From a bacterium (GTDB lineage Bacteria; Patescibacteriota; Microgenomatia; UBA10105; UBA927): 54,288 bases of DNA. Location: contig JAKAFY010000008.1 of the NCBI GenBank assembly GCA_021817785.1, forward strand, positions 1-54,288, in the 5' to 3' direction. This document shows, one piece after another, positions 8,775 to 18,990 of this stretch. The notes beneath the pieces were generated by a model. The model was not told where the DNA came from. It searched no databases and worked only from the letters and a program-made list of their open reading frames with translations. A program made the position numbers and the translations under genes. The first letter of the stretch is position 1. Each line of letters starts with the position of its first letter.

Positions 8775-10283
8775 TTATTGCGGTTTGTTGAGGACAATCG
8801 GGCGGATTCTGCTCATGGCTTCCAGACTGTACCGCACGCCCTGCACGCCGGTTCCGGAGTGTTTCACCCCGAGGAACGGAAAATGATCCGGCCCCCGCTG
8901 CGGACTGCCGTTTATCTGAACCGTCCCCACGTGTAGTTTGCCGGCAAACACAATCCCCGTCCCTTCGTCTTTGGTAAACACACTCGCCTGCAGTCCGTAG
9001 GAAGAATTATTGATGATCGTCACCGCCTCATCAAATGAGTTCACATCCACAAACGACACGACCGGTCCGAACGTTTCTTTGGCAATGACCGGCATCGTGG
9101 GTAATACGCCGGTGAGTATTGTAGGCTCAATCATGGCTCCCGTGCGTTTCCCGCCCATGACAATCGTCGCGCCGTTTTTGACCGACGCTTCTATCACCTC
9201 TTCTATGTGCCGGGCTGCCGATTCCGATATGACGGGTCCCACCAGTTTCGTATCCGGACTCCGCGGATCTCCCGCTTTCACCATCTCCGGCATGAGCTTG
9301 AGCATCATTTCCACAAGCTGTTCCCGTATCGCTTTGGTGGTCAGTACGTATTTTATCCCCGTGCACCGCTGCCCGCTGTAGGCAAATCCGCCTTTGATTA
9401 TTTCATGCGCGGTTACCCCCATATCCGCATCCGGCATGACCACTACCGGATTATTGCCGCCGCATTCAAACAGCAACGGTTTCATCGGGGCCTTCCCGGC
9501 TATCGCAAGCCCAGTATCGCTGCTTCCGGTAAATGCCACCATGGACACGGCATCGTGCCGCACCACATAGTCCCCGATCACATCTCCCGTTCCGGTTACC
9601 GCGGTGATCACACCTTTGGGTACACCTGCTTTTTCGAATATGCGTACCAAATGCAAACCGCTTATCCCTCCCATGGTGGGGGGTTTTACGACGACGCTGT
9701 TGCCCATGAGAAGTGCCGGCGCAATTTTGCTGGCAGATAAATTTACCGGATAGTTAAACGGCGCGATAGCCAGTACTACTCCGTGGGCGACGCGTTCGAC
9801 GATCGCGATTTTCCCTTTTTCATATCCGGGGAAATTATCGCTGTCGATCGTTTCTCCTCGGAGTGCTTCTGCCTCATCGGCAAAATAATCGATAAGATCC
9901 GCGGTGCGCACGATTTCACTTTTCGCCTCTCCGGCGCTTTTGCCGATCTCCCGGATCATCACATTGGTCAGATATTCTTCAAACTGACGGATCCAGTCGG
10001 CGGCAAGATGCATAACCGACACCCGTTTATACAGCGGGGTGGCTTCCCATGCCGGCTGGGACGATGTTGCCGCGGCCATAACCGCATCGATTTCTTTTGG
10101 CGTCACGACGGGTAAATTTCCGACGACCGACCCGTCTATGGGCGATGCTACGGGGACCGTTTTTCCGCTTTCACCGGGTTTCCATGATGTTCCGTCAAAA
10201 TACAAATAGGTCGGCGGGGTTTTGTGGTCGCTTATGGGTTCAAAAAAATCAGCAGGCATACCGGGTAGTGAAATTGTTACCAT
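8775..10283 (-). CDS. aldehyde dehydrogenase, GapN-like (non-phosphorylating glyceraldehyde-3-P dehydrogenase-like)
   Basis: 502 aa ALDH fold with FTGSSDTG, FECGGNNP and the catalytic-Cys context GQRCTGIKYVL, which resembles GapN. The substrate assignment is tentative. Confidence 0.7.
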   Translation of the reverse strand: MVTISLPGMPADFFEPISDHKTPPTYLYFDGTSWKPGESGKTVPVASPIDGSVVGNLPVVTPKEIDAVMAAATSSQPAWEATPLYKRVSVMHLAADWIRQFEEYLTNVMIREIGKSAGEAKSEIVRTADLIDYFADEAEALRGETIDSDNFPGYEKGKIAIVERVAHGVVLAIAPFNYPVNLSASKIAPALLMGNSVVVKPPTMGGISGLHLVRIFEKAGVPKGVITAVTGTGDVIGDYVVRHDAVSMVAFTGSSDTGLAIAGKAPMKPLLFECGGNNPVVVMPDADMGVTAHEIIKGGFAYSGQRCTGIKYVLTTKAIREQLVEMMLKLMPEMVKAGDPRSPDTKLVGPVISESAARHIEEVIEASVKNGATIVMGGKRTGAMIEPTILTGVLPTMPVIAKETFGPVVSFVDVNSFDEAVTIINNSSYGLQASVFTKDEGTGIVFAGKLHVGTVQINGSPQRGPDHFPFLGVKHSGTGVQGVRYSLEAMSRIRPIVLNKPQ

Positions 10284-10447
10284 CGCGTCGTACGCGGTGG
10301 AAATTTCGATATCCTTTCGTATTACGAAACGCTTGTACGATTCCAGGATACGGATTCATGTATGCGCGGCTCAAAAAAAACGCATATCGGAATGCTATTC
10401 CCTGGTCATAGAACCAGTATAGTCGCATCGAACAAAAAAGTGCAACC

Positions 10448-11182
10448 CTATGTAACCACCCGCTTGACGATAACGGCGGTCATATTTTCCTCGGACCCGT
10501 TGGTATGCGCCGCCGTCAAAAGCGATACGACCGCATCGGTTACCCCGTCCGTCGTAGACCCCGTCCGGGATACGGATGCCTGTATATCCGATCCGGTGAT
10601 ATAATCCCCGGCTCCGTCGGTTGCAAGCAGCAAGACATCGCCATGGCTGAATGTTCCGGTGACAAATTCCGGCACGAGCCCCAAGCGGCGGATGCCGAGC
10701 GCCTGCCCGGGTATCGCCTGAAACGCCGGTTTATCCCTGGTGAGCTTTCGTATGTCCCCGCCGCGAGAAAGCCATGCGCTCGAGTCCCCTGCGCTCCCCA
10801 ACCAATAATGTTTGGGGCCGACCATCAGAACCAGAAGCGTCGTCGCCAACCCGTCCGTGAATCCCTCCTCCCGGTGCTTTTGCCAGATGGCGAGGTTGGT
10901 AGAACGGAAAATGCGTTTCATGAATAATTTTTTATCAAGCCAATAGTACCGGTGCTGGCGGATATGCTTATATGCCCACACGGCCGTTTCGCAGGCGAAT
11001 TTCGCGGCGGTTTCTCCGTGAGGAAGACTGCTGACGCCGTCGGCCAGTACAAAACATTCATCGTTAAAGTTCAAAAAATAATCTTCCTGCAATTCCTGTT
11101 GCCCCGTCAGCTGACTGGCAGCAAACAATACGGTCTCTTTCGGAGATTCGTTTCGAAGCGCGTATGGATCCGGAAAACGCAT
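10448..11182 (-). CDS. PP2C-family Ser/Thr protein phosphatase
   Basis: 244 aa with the motifs LADGVSS, GSAGDS and LLLATDGAGDY, plus a C-terminal ENMTAVIV. Confidence 0.75.
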   Translation of the reverse strand: MRFPDPYALRNESPKETVLFAASQLTGQQELQEDYFLNFNDECFVLADGVSSLPHGETAAKFACETAVWAYKHIRQHRYYWLDKKLFMKRIFRSTNLAIWQKHREEGFTDGLATTLLVLMVGPKHYWLGSAGDSSAWLSRGGDIRKLTRDKPAFQAIPGQALGIRRLGLVPEFVTGTFSHGDVLLLATDGAGDYITGSDIQASVSRTGSTTDGVTDAVVSLLTAAHTNGSEENMTAVIVKRVVT

Positions 11183-11191
11183 AAACGGAAA

Positions 11192-11803
11192 TTATGTAGC
11201 AGCAGCGTATCGCTTTTCCACCTCTGCCCAGTTGACGACGTGCCACCAGTTCTTTATATAGTCTGCGCGCACATTCTGATATTTCAGATAATATGCGTGC
11301 TCCCAGACGTCAAGCGTCAGGATCGGCGTTTTTCCTTCTGACACCGGACTGTCCTGGTTTGCCGTATCCAGTATGGTCAATGCCCCCCGGTCGACGACAA
11401 GCCACGCCCATCCGCTGCCGAAACGACCCATTCCCGCTGCGGTAAATTTTTCCTGAAATGCCGCGAATGAACCGAATGTCGTGTCCATGGCCTTTGCCAA
11501 CGCGCCTCCCGGACCATGCACTTCCCCGCTTGGAACACCCATGATCTGCCAGAACAGACTATGGTTTGCGTGTCCGCCGGCGTTGTTTCGTACTTTCGTC
11601 CGTATGGCTTCCGGCACCCTCGTGAGATCCGAAATTAGCGTCTCTACCGGAAGGGAAAGCAGCGCATCATTTCCCGCCAGGGCGTCATTTAAGTTCTTCA
11701 CGTACCCGGCGTGGTGCTTATCATGGTGTATCTGCATGGTGCGCGCGTCGATAAACGGTTCCAATGCGTCGTATGCGTATGGCAAATCAGGAACGGTAAA
11801 CAT
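11192..11803 (-). CDS. Fe/Mn superoxide dismutase
   Basis: 203 aa. [25 protein letters not shown] and DVWEHAYYL are hallmark motifs. Metal specificity is not resolved. Confidence 0.92.
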   Translation of the reverse strand: MFTVPDLPYAYDALEPFIDARTMQIHHDKHHAGYVKNLNDALAGNDALLSLPVETLISDLTRVPEAIRTKVRNNAGGHANHSLFWQIMGVPSGEVHGPGGALAKAMDTTFGSFAAFQEKFTAAGMGRFGSGWAWLVVDRGALTILDTANQDSPVSEGKTPILTLDVWEHAYYLKYQNVRADYIKNWWHVVNWAEVEKRYAAAT

Positions 11804-11845
11804 ATATGAAAGACCTCCTACTACTATATATTATATAATGTTCCT

Positions 11846-14062
11846 ATGGTCATTCCTAGGATGCCGTTTCTCAAAACACTGGCAGCATCGGTACCGCGGT
11901 CGTGGAAGCCGTATATATTCTGGTGTATTCCTATACTGCTGCTTGTGGGATTTTACTGGTTTATTCTGCGCGACCTTCCTTCCCCTGCCAAACTCAGCAG
12001 GTATGATGTGCCGTTGGCCACCAAAATTTATGACCGCAACGGAAAATTGCTTTTTGATATTTTCGTCGGCCAGAATCGGTCGCCGGTCACGCTAAACGAC
12101 ATACCCAAATATTTACAGGAAGGTACGATCTCCATAGAAGACAAAAATTTTTATAAACACGGCGGTATCAACCCCATCGGCGGAATCCTCCGGGCCATAG
12201 CAGCCTCCGTATTCAGCCATCAGCTGCAGGGAGGGTCCACCATCACACAACAATTGGTAAAATCCGCGCTGCTTACGCCGGACCGGACGGTTATCAGGAA
12301 AATAAAAGAACTCCTGCTGGCTCCCATCGTCGAGTTGTTGTATTCCAAAGATAAAATTCTGGAAATGTATTTAAATACTGTTCCATACGGCGGAACCGCA
12401 TGGGGCGTCGAAACCGCGGCGGAAAAATACTTTGGGAAATCCGTCAAACAACTAACACTCGGGGAATCCGCGCTTCTGGCCGGCCTGCCGCAGGCACCCA
12501 CACTCTATTCCCCGTTCGGCGCACACCCGGAATACGCCAAAGAGCGCCAAAAGGAAGTGCTTACCCGTATGGTGGAGGATCACTATATCACGCAAAAACA
12601 GGCGGACGACGCCTATGCGGAACCTTTGAACTACAAACAGGAAACCGGGATACAGGCTCCGCATTTTGTCATGTATGTCAAAGAACAACTGGTCAATACG
12701 TACGGAGAAGCGTTAGTAGAACGCGGGGGCTTAAAAGTGACCACCACGCTTGATCTCGATCTGCAAAAATATGCGCAGGCTACGGTAGCGGCGGAAGTCG
12801 CAAAAATCAAGTATATGGATGTCGGTAACGGGGCGGCGCTTATTACGCATCCGGCGACCGGGGAAATACTCGCCATGGTTGGCAGCACGGATTATTTTGC
12901 ATCTCCTTCCGGATCATTTAATGTGACGACCGCGCTCAGACAGCCCGGTTCATCCATTAAGCCCATCAATTACGGCATCGGTATCGATAAGCACATCGTG
13001 ACTCCGGCAACCATGTTTTTGGACATTCCCTCGTGTTTCGCCAATCAGGCCGGCCAGCCGCCGTATTGCCCTAGAAATTATGACGGGAAATTCCGCGGCC
13101 CGGTACAGTTGCGGTTTGCCCTCGGTAACTCGCTCAATATCCCAGCGGTTAAAATGCTCTATCTTAACACCGTGCGGGACATGGTCGCGTCCGCATCGGC
13201 ATTTGGTTTAAACACGCTAAAAAATCCGGAACAATACGGATTGTCACTTACCTTGGGCGGCGGAGAGGTTCACATGACGGATATGGCCACGGCATTTTCC
13301 GTGTTTGCCAACGGCGGCGTCCGGCACGATCTTGTTTCCATCTTAAAAGTTGTCGACAAAAACGGCAAAGTTCTCGAAGAATACAAAGATCCGAATCTCG
13401 GAAAAGACATCCCGTCACAGCTGCTGCAGACCGGCACCCGGGTCGTGTCTCCGGAAACCGCGTTTCTTATTTCTCATATCCTGCTGGACAACAATGCCAG
13501 ACAGGATGATTTTGGTCCGAATTCAGCCCTCGTCGTCCCCGGACACGCAGTATCGGTAAAGACCGGCACAACCAACGATCTCCGCGACAACTGGACCATA
13601 GGGTATACCCCGCAATATCTGGTCGCAACCTGGGTGGGAAACAATGACAACAGTCCGATGAACAGTGCGCTGGTTTCGGGCATCACCGGGGCAGCTCCCA
13701 TATGGAACAAACTTATGCAACATGTATTACAGGGACAACCGGACATCTGGCCCAAAAAACCGGACACTGTCGTGGGGGCACAAATCTGTACAACGACCGG
13801 TCTGTTACCTCCCAACCCTGATCCGAATGCCGGAGACAAAGGCTGCCCGACGCGATTTGAATATTTCATCAAAGGCACCGTTCCCACCCAACGGGAAAAT
13901 CTCACGCAGACCGTCGCCATCGACAAAACCACAAACGACCTGGCGAGTCCGGGACAAACGGATAATATAGAAATGCAATCCCATCAGGTCGTCTCCGACG
14001 GCATCTCCAACTATTGTCTGGATTGCCAGCATACCCAGGACAAACCGGTGATTATCAAATAA
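11846..14062 (+). CDS. class A penicillin-binding protein (PBP1A-type transglycosylase/transpeptidase)
   Basis: 738 aa with an N-terminal TM segment. GT51 motifs are EDKNFYKHGG and GGSTITQQL; transpeptidase motifs are SSIKP and KTGTTND. The start could instead be the second ATG at 11861. Confidence 0.9.
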   Translation: MVIPRMPFLKTLAASVPRSWKPYIFWCIPILLLVGFYWFILRDLPSPAKLSRYDVPLATKIYDRNGKLLFDIFVGQNRSPVTLNDIPKYLQEGTISIEDKNFYKHGGINPIGGILRAIAASVFSHQLQGGSTITQQLVKSALLTPDRTVIRKIKELLLAPIVELLYSKDKILEMYLNTVPYGGTAWGVETAAEKYFGKSVKQLTLGESALLAGLPQAPTLYSPFGAHPEYAKERQKEVLTRMVEDHYITQKQADDAYAEPLNYKQETGIQAPHFVMYVKEQLVNTYGEALVERGGLKVTTTLDLDLQKYAQATVAAEVAKIKYMDVGNGAALITHPATGEILAMVGSTDYFASPSGSFNVTTALRQPGSSIKPINYGIGIDKHIVTPATMFLDIPSCFANQAGQPPYCPRNYDGKFRGPVQLRFALGNSLNIPAVKMLYLNTVRDMVASASAFGLNTLKNPEQYGLSLTLGGGEVHMTDMATAFSVFANGGVRHDLVSILKVVDKNGKVLEEYKDPNLGKDIPSQLLQTGTRVVSPETAFLISHILLDNNARQDDFGPNSALVVPGHAVSVKTGTTNDLRDNWTIGYTPQYLVATWVGNNDNSPMNSALVSGITGAAPIWNKLMQHVLQGQPDIWPKKPDTVVGAQICTTTGLLPPNPDPNAGDKGCPTRFEYFIKGTVPTQRENLTQTVAIDKTTNDLASPGQTDNIEMQSHQVVSDGISNYCLDCQHTQDKPVIIK

Positions 14063-14069
14063 CTCCTTC

Positions 14070-16652
14070 TTGTTTCGAGCCTATAGACTGTGGTATAAAA
14101 ATGGCGTGAGAACGCCCCGCAGACAATCACCATCACCAAAACCATCATTACCCCTCATCGCGCAGCTCGTCCTTTTGTGTATCCTTTTCTTTGTTGCTAT
14201 CGGCGACGGCGTACGGATCATCGCCTCCTTTCTCATACATGTCGTTCCGGCGATCATACAATTCACCCGTCCGATATTGTCCGAAACGGTGGCTGCCGTA
14301 CAAACGTGGACCCGCGAAAAATTTTCATCGATGTCCCGACGCCCGGCCCGGTCACGGGAAAAACGGTACGGTAAAAAAAGCAAACATACTTCCGTTTCCT
14401 GGCAACATTCGGGTATTGTCCGCGCATATTTGTCGGTGCGAAAAACGATCACATCATGGCGACCTCCCCGCATATCTATACCGGAGGTATCCCTGCCGCA
14501 TATCCGTGTTCCGGACATGTCGTTTCCCCGTCTTACATTGCCGCACATTGCTATTCCCCGATTGTCCTTTCCCCGTCTGACACTCCCCGTTCCTCATTTT
14601 GCAATCCCCGCCTGGCATCTGGTCCGCCCCCGCGCGACAAAAAAACCATCTGCGCCTCCCGTCATACCCGTACGCCAGACCCCCCGAATTCATATCAAAT
14701 CATTTGCCATCGGCATCGGCCTTACCCTGGTCGTTATTTTTATCCCGTACAACGCATTTCTTTTCCTGCGCTCGCTTCCCAATCCGCAGCTGTTGACCCA
14801 GCGGGATCTGGAAGTCAGCACCAAAATCCTGGACCGGAACGGACAACTACTCTATGAGATATATACAGACCAGAACCGGACGCCGGTTGCATTGTCCAAT
14901 ATCCCCTCCTACGTTAAAGACGCGACGATTGCCATAGAAGACCGGGACTTTTATCACCATCTGGGATTTTCCCTGCGGGGCATTGTACGGGCAGCGAAAG
15001 AAATTACGGTAAACAAACAGGTGCAGGGCGGTTCGACCATCACCCAACAGCTCATCAAATCCGCGCTGCTTACGCCCGACGTTAACGTTGTCCGTAAAAT
15101 CAAAGAAATCATCCTGGCGTTCTGGGCGGAACGCATTTACACCAAAGACCAGATATTGGAAATGTATCTGAACCAGGTGCCGTACGGCGGAACCGCCTGG
15201 GGTATCGAAAGCGCAGCACAAACATATTTTCATAAAAACGTATCGGAATTGACCCTTGCCCAGGCTGCACTTCTGGCAGGTCTTCCCGCCGCGCCCACGG
15301 AATATTCCCCGTTTGGATCGCACCCGGAAAAAGCAATCGAACGCCAGCGGGAAGTGCTGCAAAGTATGGTCGAAGACGGCGCGATCACACAAAGCATGAT
15401 GCAGAACGCACTGCAGGAAAAATTACAGTTTGCCACTCCGCAGGTTCCTATCCGGGCGCCCCATTTTGTCATGTACATCAAAGAACTCCTGGAACAAAAG
15501 TACGGACCGCGCATGGTCGAACGGGGCGGACTCCGGGTTACCACGTCTCTGGATATAAACATCCAGGACAAAGTTCAGCAAATCGTAAAGTCCAATATCG
15601 ACGCGCTCACCGCCTATCACGTCGGCAACGGCGCGGCACTGGTCACCGATCCCAGGTCGGGACAGATTCTGGCCATGGTCGGAAGCCGCGATTATTTTGA
15701 CCGCGCCCATGACGGCAACGTCAACCTGACGCTGAGTTTGAGGCAGCCGGGATCTTCGATCAAGGTCGTAACCTACGCGGAAGCGCTTGAACGGGGGATG
15801 ACCGCCGCGACATTGATTGACGATGCACCCATCGTCTACCGCCAGGCGGGAAGTCCGCCCTATGCGCCGGTGAACTATGACGGCAAGTTCCATGGTCTTG
15901 TTCCGCTGCGGGCCGCTCTGGCCAACTCATACAACATTCCCGCGGTCAAAACGCTTGCGGCAATCGGCGTTCCGGCTATGATGCAAAAAGCAAAACTTAT
16001 GGGCATCGACACATGGAGCCCGGATCCCAGCCAATACGGACTTTCTCTGACGCTCGGCAGCGCGGAGGTCACCATGCTGGATATGGCGGAAGTGTACGGC
16101 ACGTTGGCCAACATGGGCAAACGCGTAGACTTAAATCCCATTCTGGAAGTCAAAGACTATGCCGGAAATATTCTGGAACACACGCCTCCCCCGGTGGGCG
16201 TGCCGGCTGTCAGTCCTGACGTGTCCTGGATACTCTCGGATATTCTTTCGGATAACGCGGCGCGTACCCCTGCGTTTGGTCCGAACTCCGGACTCGTCAT
16301 CCCGGGAAAAACCGTCGCGGTCAAAACGGGCACCACCAATGACAAACGGGATAACTGGGCGGACGGATATACGCCGTCGTATGTAGCAATCGTTTGGGTA
16401 GGAAATAATGATAATTCTCCCATGAATCAGGCGATTGCGTCCGGAATTACCGGAGCCACTCCCATTTGGCATGACATCATGGCCGAATTACTGAAAGACC
16501 GTCCGGATGAAACAGAACCCAGGCCGGACACCATCGTATCGCTGCCGTGTTATTACAACCGGGTAGAATATTTTGTCAGCGGGACCGAACCCCCCGGGGG
16601 CCGCTGCGTTCCGATTCCGACGATCACCCCGACACCGACTCCTGCCCCCTAG
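14070..16652 (+). CDS. class A penicillin-binding protein paralogue with a ~210-aa N-terminal extension
   Basis: 860 aa. The GT51 and TP motifs (EDRDFYHHLG, GGSTITQQL, SSIKV, KTGTTND) are collinear with the upstream PBP. The track start is TTG 14070 and the true start is uncertain (e.g. ATG 14331). The extension carries hydrophobic segments and proline-rich repeats. Confidence 0.85.
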   Translation: MFRAYRLWYKNGVRTPRRQSPSPKPSLPLIAQLVLLCILFFVAIGDGVRIIASFLIHVVPAIIQFTRPILSETVAAVQTWTREKFSSMSRRPARSREKRYGKKSKHTSVSWQHSGIVRAYLSVRKTITSWRPPRISIPEVSLPHIRVPDMSFPRLTLPHIAIPRLSFPRLTLPVPHFAIPAWHLVRPRATKKPSAPPVIPVRQTPRIHIKSFAIGIGLTLVVIFIPYNAFLFLRSLPNPQLLTQRDLEVSTKILDRNGQLLYEIYTDQNRTPVALSNIPSYVKDATIAIEDRDFYHHLGFSLRGIVRAAKEITVNKQVQGGSTITQQLIKSALLTPDVNVVRKIKEIILAFWAERIYTKDQILEMYLNQVPYGGTAWGIESAAQTYFHKNVSELTLAQAALLAGLPAAPTEYSPFGSHPEKAIERQREVLQSMVEDGAITQSMMQNALQEKLQFATPQVPIRAPHFVMYIKELLEQKYGPRMVERGGLRVTTSLDINIQDKVQQIVKSNIDALTAYHVGNGAALVTDPRSGQILAMVGSRDYFDRAHDGNVNLTLSLRQPGSSIKVVTYAEALERGMTAATLIDDAPIVYRQAGSPPYAPVNYDGKFHGLVPLRAALANSYNIPAVKTLAAIGVPAMMQKAKLMGIDTWSPDPSQYGLSLTLGSAEVTMLDMAEVYGTLANMGKRVDLNPILEVKDYAGNILEHTPPPVGVPAVSPDVSWILSDILSDNAARTPAFGPNSGLVIPGKTVAVKTGTTNDKRDNWADGYTPSYVAIVWVGNNDNSPMNQAIASGITGATPIWHDIMAELLKDRPDETEPRPDTIVSLPCYYNRVEYFVSGTEPPGGRCVPIPTITPTPTPAP

Positions 16653-16661
16653 TATCGAAAG

Positions 16662-17117
16662 TTATTCCACAACAACAATGTAGGCGACATCCGTGGGTTT
16701 TATATGATTATGATATTGCCACGTCCCGACTTTGACGAACGTATAGGCATACGTGCCGCCCTTTGCGACGCTTTGTAGCTCATCAAATCCCGGAAGTAAT
16801 TTATGGGTAGGATGGACGCCCGACGCAACCCACATATTGGTAGCGCTGTCATTTCGAAACGTCACTGCCGTTCCTTTTTTGACGGTCACCCGTTCCGGAC
16901 GAAATCCCGTGTCCGTATAGGAAACGACCACCGTTCCTTCCGCAACCATATTGCCGCTTGCGGTAGTTCCCGCCTGATCAGGCGTACCCTGTGCTGTCGG
17001 CATCGTTTGAGCGGAGGGGACAGACGGCTTCCGTGCCGTATTGGTTCCCTTAACATAATACCATCCTGCTCCCACTCCGACTGCGATGACGACGACTGCT
17101 ACTAATGCTTTATTCAT
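16662..17117 (-). CDS. membrane-anchored cupredoxin-like domain protein
   Basis: 151 aa with an N-terminal TM segment, a Thr/Pro/Gln-rich linker and a beta-rich domain (VTVKKGTAVTFRNDS...GTYAYTFVKVGTWQYHNH) resembling EfeO-type cupredoxin-like domains. There is no Cys ligand. Confidence 0.5.
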   Translation of the reverse strand: MNKALVAVVVIAVGVGAGWYYVKGTNTARKPSVPSAQTMPTAQGTPDQAGTTASGNMVAEGTVVVSYTDTGFRPERVTVKKGTAVTFRNDSATNMWVASGVHPTHKLLPGFDELQSVAKGGTYAYTFVKVGTWQYHNHIKPTDVAYIVVVE

Positions 17118-17147
17118 AGTCTATTGCCCTTTCTACCCCGGATTATA

Positions 17148-17186
17148 CCAAAAACCCCGACAAACGTCGGGGTTTTATGGTTTTTT
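17148..17186. terminator. intrinsic terminator hairpin, usable on both strands (mainly for the RRM gene on the minus strand)
   Basis: The stem CCCCGAC (17155..17161) pairs with GTCGGGG (17166..17172) around the loop AAAC. It is flanked by an A run on the left (TTTTT on the minus strand) and TTTTATGGTTTTTT on the right. Confidence 0.7.
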
Positions 17187-17233
17187 GTACGAAGTAACGA
17201 AGTAACTTTCGTTGCTACGCTACGTACTATAGC

Positions 17234-17500
17234 TTACTGACGCGGTCGTTCTTCACGAGGACGTGCCTCATTGACGACGAGCGGTCGGCCGTTAACGTCT
17301 TTGCCGTTAAACATTTCGATCGCTTTTTTGCTCTCTTCATCAGAGCTCATTTCGACGAATCCAAAACCGCGTGAGCGGCCTGAATATTTATCAGAAATGA
17401 CTTTTGCTGACACGACGGTTCCGGCTTGTGCAAAAGTTTGCGCCAAGTCATCACTGGTCATGTTGTAAGGAAGATTTCCCACAAACAAATTGATTGCCAT
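17234..17500 (-). CDS. RNA-binding protein with a single RRM domain
   Basis: 88 aa with an RNP2-like LFVGNL and RNP1 RGFGFVEM. Confidence 0.9.
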   Translation of the reverse strand: MAINLFVGNLPYNMTSDDLAQTFAQAGTVVSAKVISDKYSGRSRGFGFVEMSSDEESKKAIEMFNGKDVNGRPLVVNEARPREERPRQ

Positions 17501-17644
17501 ATTGGAATTCCTTTCCCCTTAGGTCTTGAAGGATACCTACCCGCCTAAGGAAGGCTACGATGAGAAGACTCCTTAATGCACTCGGTCACACTTTGTTCCC
17601 AGGACAACTACGGAGTATACCATACAACGCCGTTTTTTGCCATG

Positions 17645-18091
17645 TTACCAGCCGCGTTCCTGGTAGAGAATTCCCCGTTGCCACGCGACAATCGCCGCGC
17701 GGATATAGGGCACCGTATTGTCCGGCAAGGCGTCCGCGGCATACCATCCCACATCGTCGCATTTGTCAGGCTCGCAGATAATGGGCGTTCCTCGCCACTC
17801 GGTCACGAGAAAAAACAAATCCATCCGCACGTCTTCTTCCCGCCGATGCATCACATGCACGAGTGTTGGGTGTTTGGGGTCGATCACAATCCCCACTTCT
17901 TCCTGCACTTCCCTGGTAAGACAGGTCATCATCTTTTCGTTTTCTTCCTCGTGTCCTGCCGGCAGGCTGTACATACCCGGCATGTAATCGGTTCCTTTCC
18001 GCCGGGCAAGCAATATCTTCCCGTCCCGGACGATCAGTGGATATGGACATACGATCATGGTAAACCGGTCAGTGGAAAAACGATGGTTCAT
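17645..18091 (-). CDS. NUDIX hydrolase
   Basis: The Nudix box is GHEEENEKMMTCLTREVQEEVGI. I chose the start at ATG 18091 because it forms an ATGA overlap with the stop of the upstream EamA-like gene. The track ORF begins at 18133. Confidence 0.8.
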   Translation of the reverse strand: MNHRFSTDRFTMIVCPYPLIVRDGKILLARRKGTDYMPGMYSLPAGHEEENEKMMTCLTREVQEEVGIVIDPKHPTLVHVMHRREEDVRMDLFFLVTEWRGTPIICEPDKCDDVGWYAADALPDNTVPYIRAAIVAWQRGILYQERGW

Positions 18092-18972
18092 ATGCTCACA
18101 AAGGCCAACACAACGATTCCGATAAGCGTACATACTACACCCAGCCGTTGCCGCATGCTCAATGGTTCGCGGAATAATACGACCGAAAGCAGGGCAGAAA
18201 ACGTAGCGTAGGAACCGGCAATCGGAGCTATTACCGCAACAGCACCGATACCAATACCTATGTTATAGCTTATTTCCGCGATGATGGTGGATGCAATCGC
18301 AATGGCTATGGGTATCAACACCGCGTTGGAGCGTACGGGATTTTTCACGATGACCCGGGGCCGCAGGATAAATATTATGACAGCTACCGGGAGTGACAAA
18401 AAGTATGTGGGCCAAAACCACCCCATGATGACAATCGGTATTTTGATAAACGACCCGCAGATACTCCACGCTATCATCGCCAGCACGGCATATAGATACC
18501 CGATAACCTGCGTGCGTCCGGAACCTGGCACGATGTTCTGACGCAATGTCAAAAGCAGCAGTCCGCAAAATATGACAAGAATCGCGCCGGTCTGAATCGG
18601 GGTTATCTGTTCATGGAGAAATATGATAGACAAGACAACAGCCAGTGCGCTCCATGCCCCTGCGATTGCGACGACGAGCGTGGGATTTATGCGCACTGCA
18701 GCCTGTATAAAAAAATAATACCCGATGCCGGAAGCGATACCGGTACACAATGCAATCGCGATCGCATATAAAGGAGCGTGAAGCATCGGAGCGATAAAAA
18801 ACGGGGCTGCGGCTGTGTACAACAATGCGCGCACGCATAACGACCAGAATGTCACGGCAGTCGGGTCATGCTTTCGCGCAGCGACGACTCCGAACATGTC
18901 GCCCACTCCCCACCCGATATATGCGATGAATGCGAATATAATTGCGGTCACATCCGCCATTGTATCACTCAT
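18088..18972 (-). CDS. EamA/DMT-family transporter
   Basis: About 10 predicted TM helices in two repeats and about 295 aa. I place the start at ATG 18972 (MSDTMADV...); ATG 18960 is also possible. Confidence 0.6.
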   Translation of the reverse strand: MSDTMADVTAIIFAFIAYIGWGVGDMFGVVAARKHDPTAVTFWSLCVRALLYTAAAPFFIAPMLHAPLYAIAIALCTGIASGIGYYFFIQAAVRINPTLVVAIAGAWSALAVVLSIIFLHEQITPIQTGAILVIFCGLLLLTLRQNIVPGSGRTQVIGYLYAVLAMIAWSICGSFIKIPIVIMGWFWPTYFLSLPVAVIIFILRPRVIVKNPVRSNAVLIPIAIAIASTIIAEISYNIGIGIGAVAVIAPIAGSYATFSALLSVVLFREPLSMRQRLGVVCTLIGIVVLAFVSI

Positions 18973-18990
18973 CCGGTATGATAGACTCTG

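Noticed and set aside
14081-14857. Several ORFs in alternative frames over the 5' part of the second PBP gene.
   Set aside because: They are frame artefacts of a GC- and proline-codon-rich repeat region, with no independent start or SD support. They do, however, highlight the uncertainty about the true PBP start.
17576-18211. Plus-strand ORF of 211 aa.
   Set aside because: It is antisense to the NUDIX and EamA genes. It has a His/Pro/Arg-rich composition and no family.
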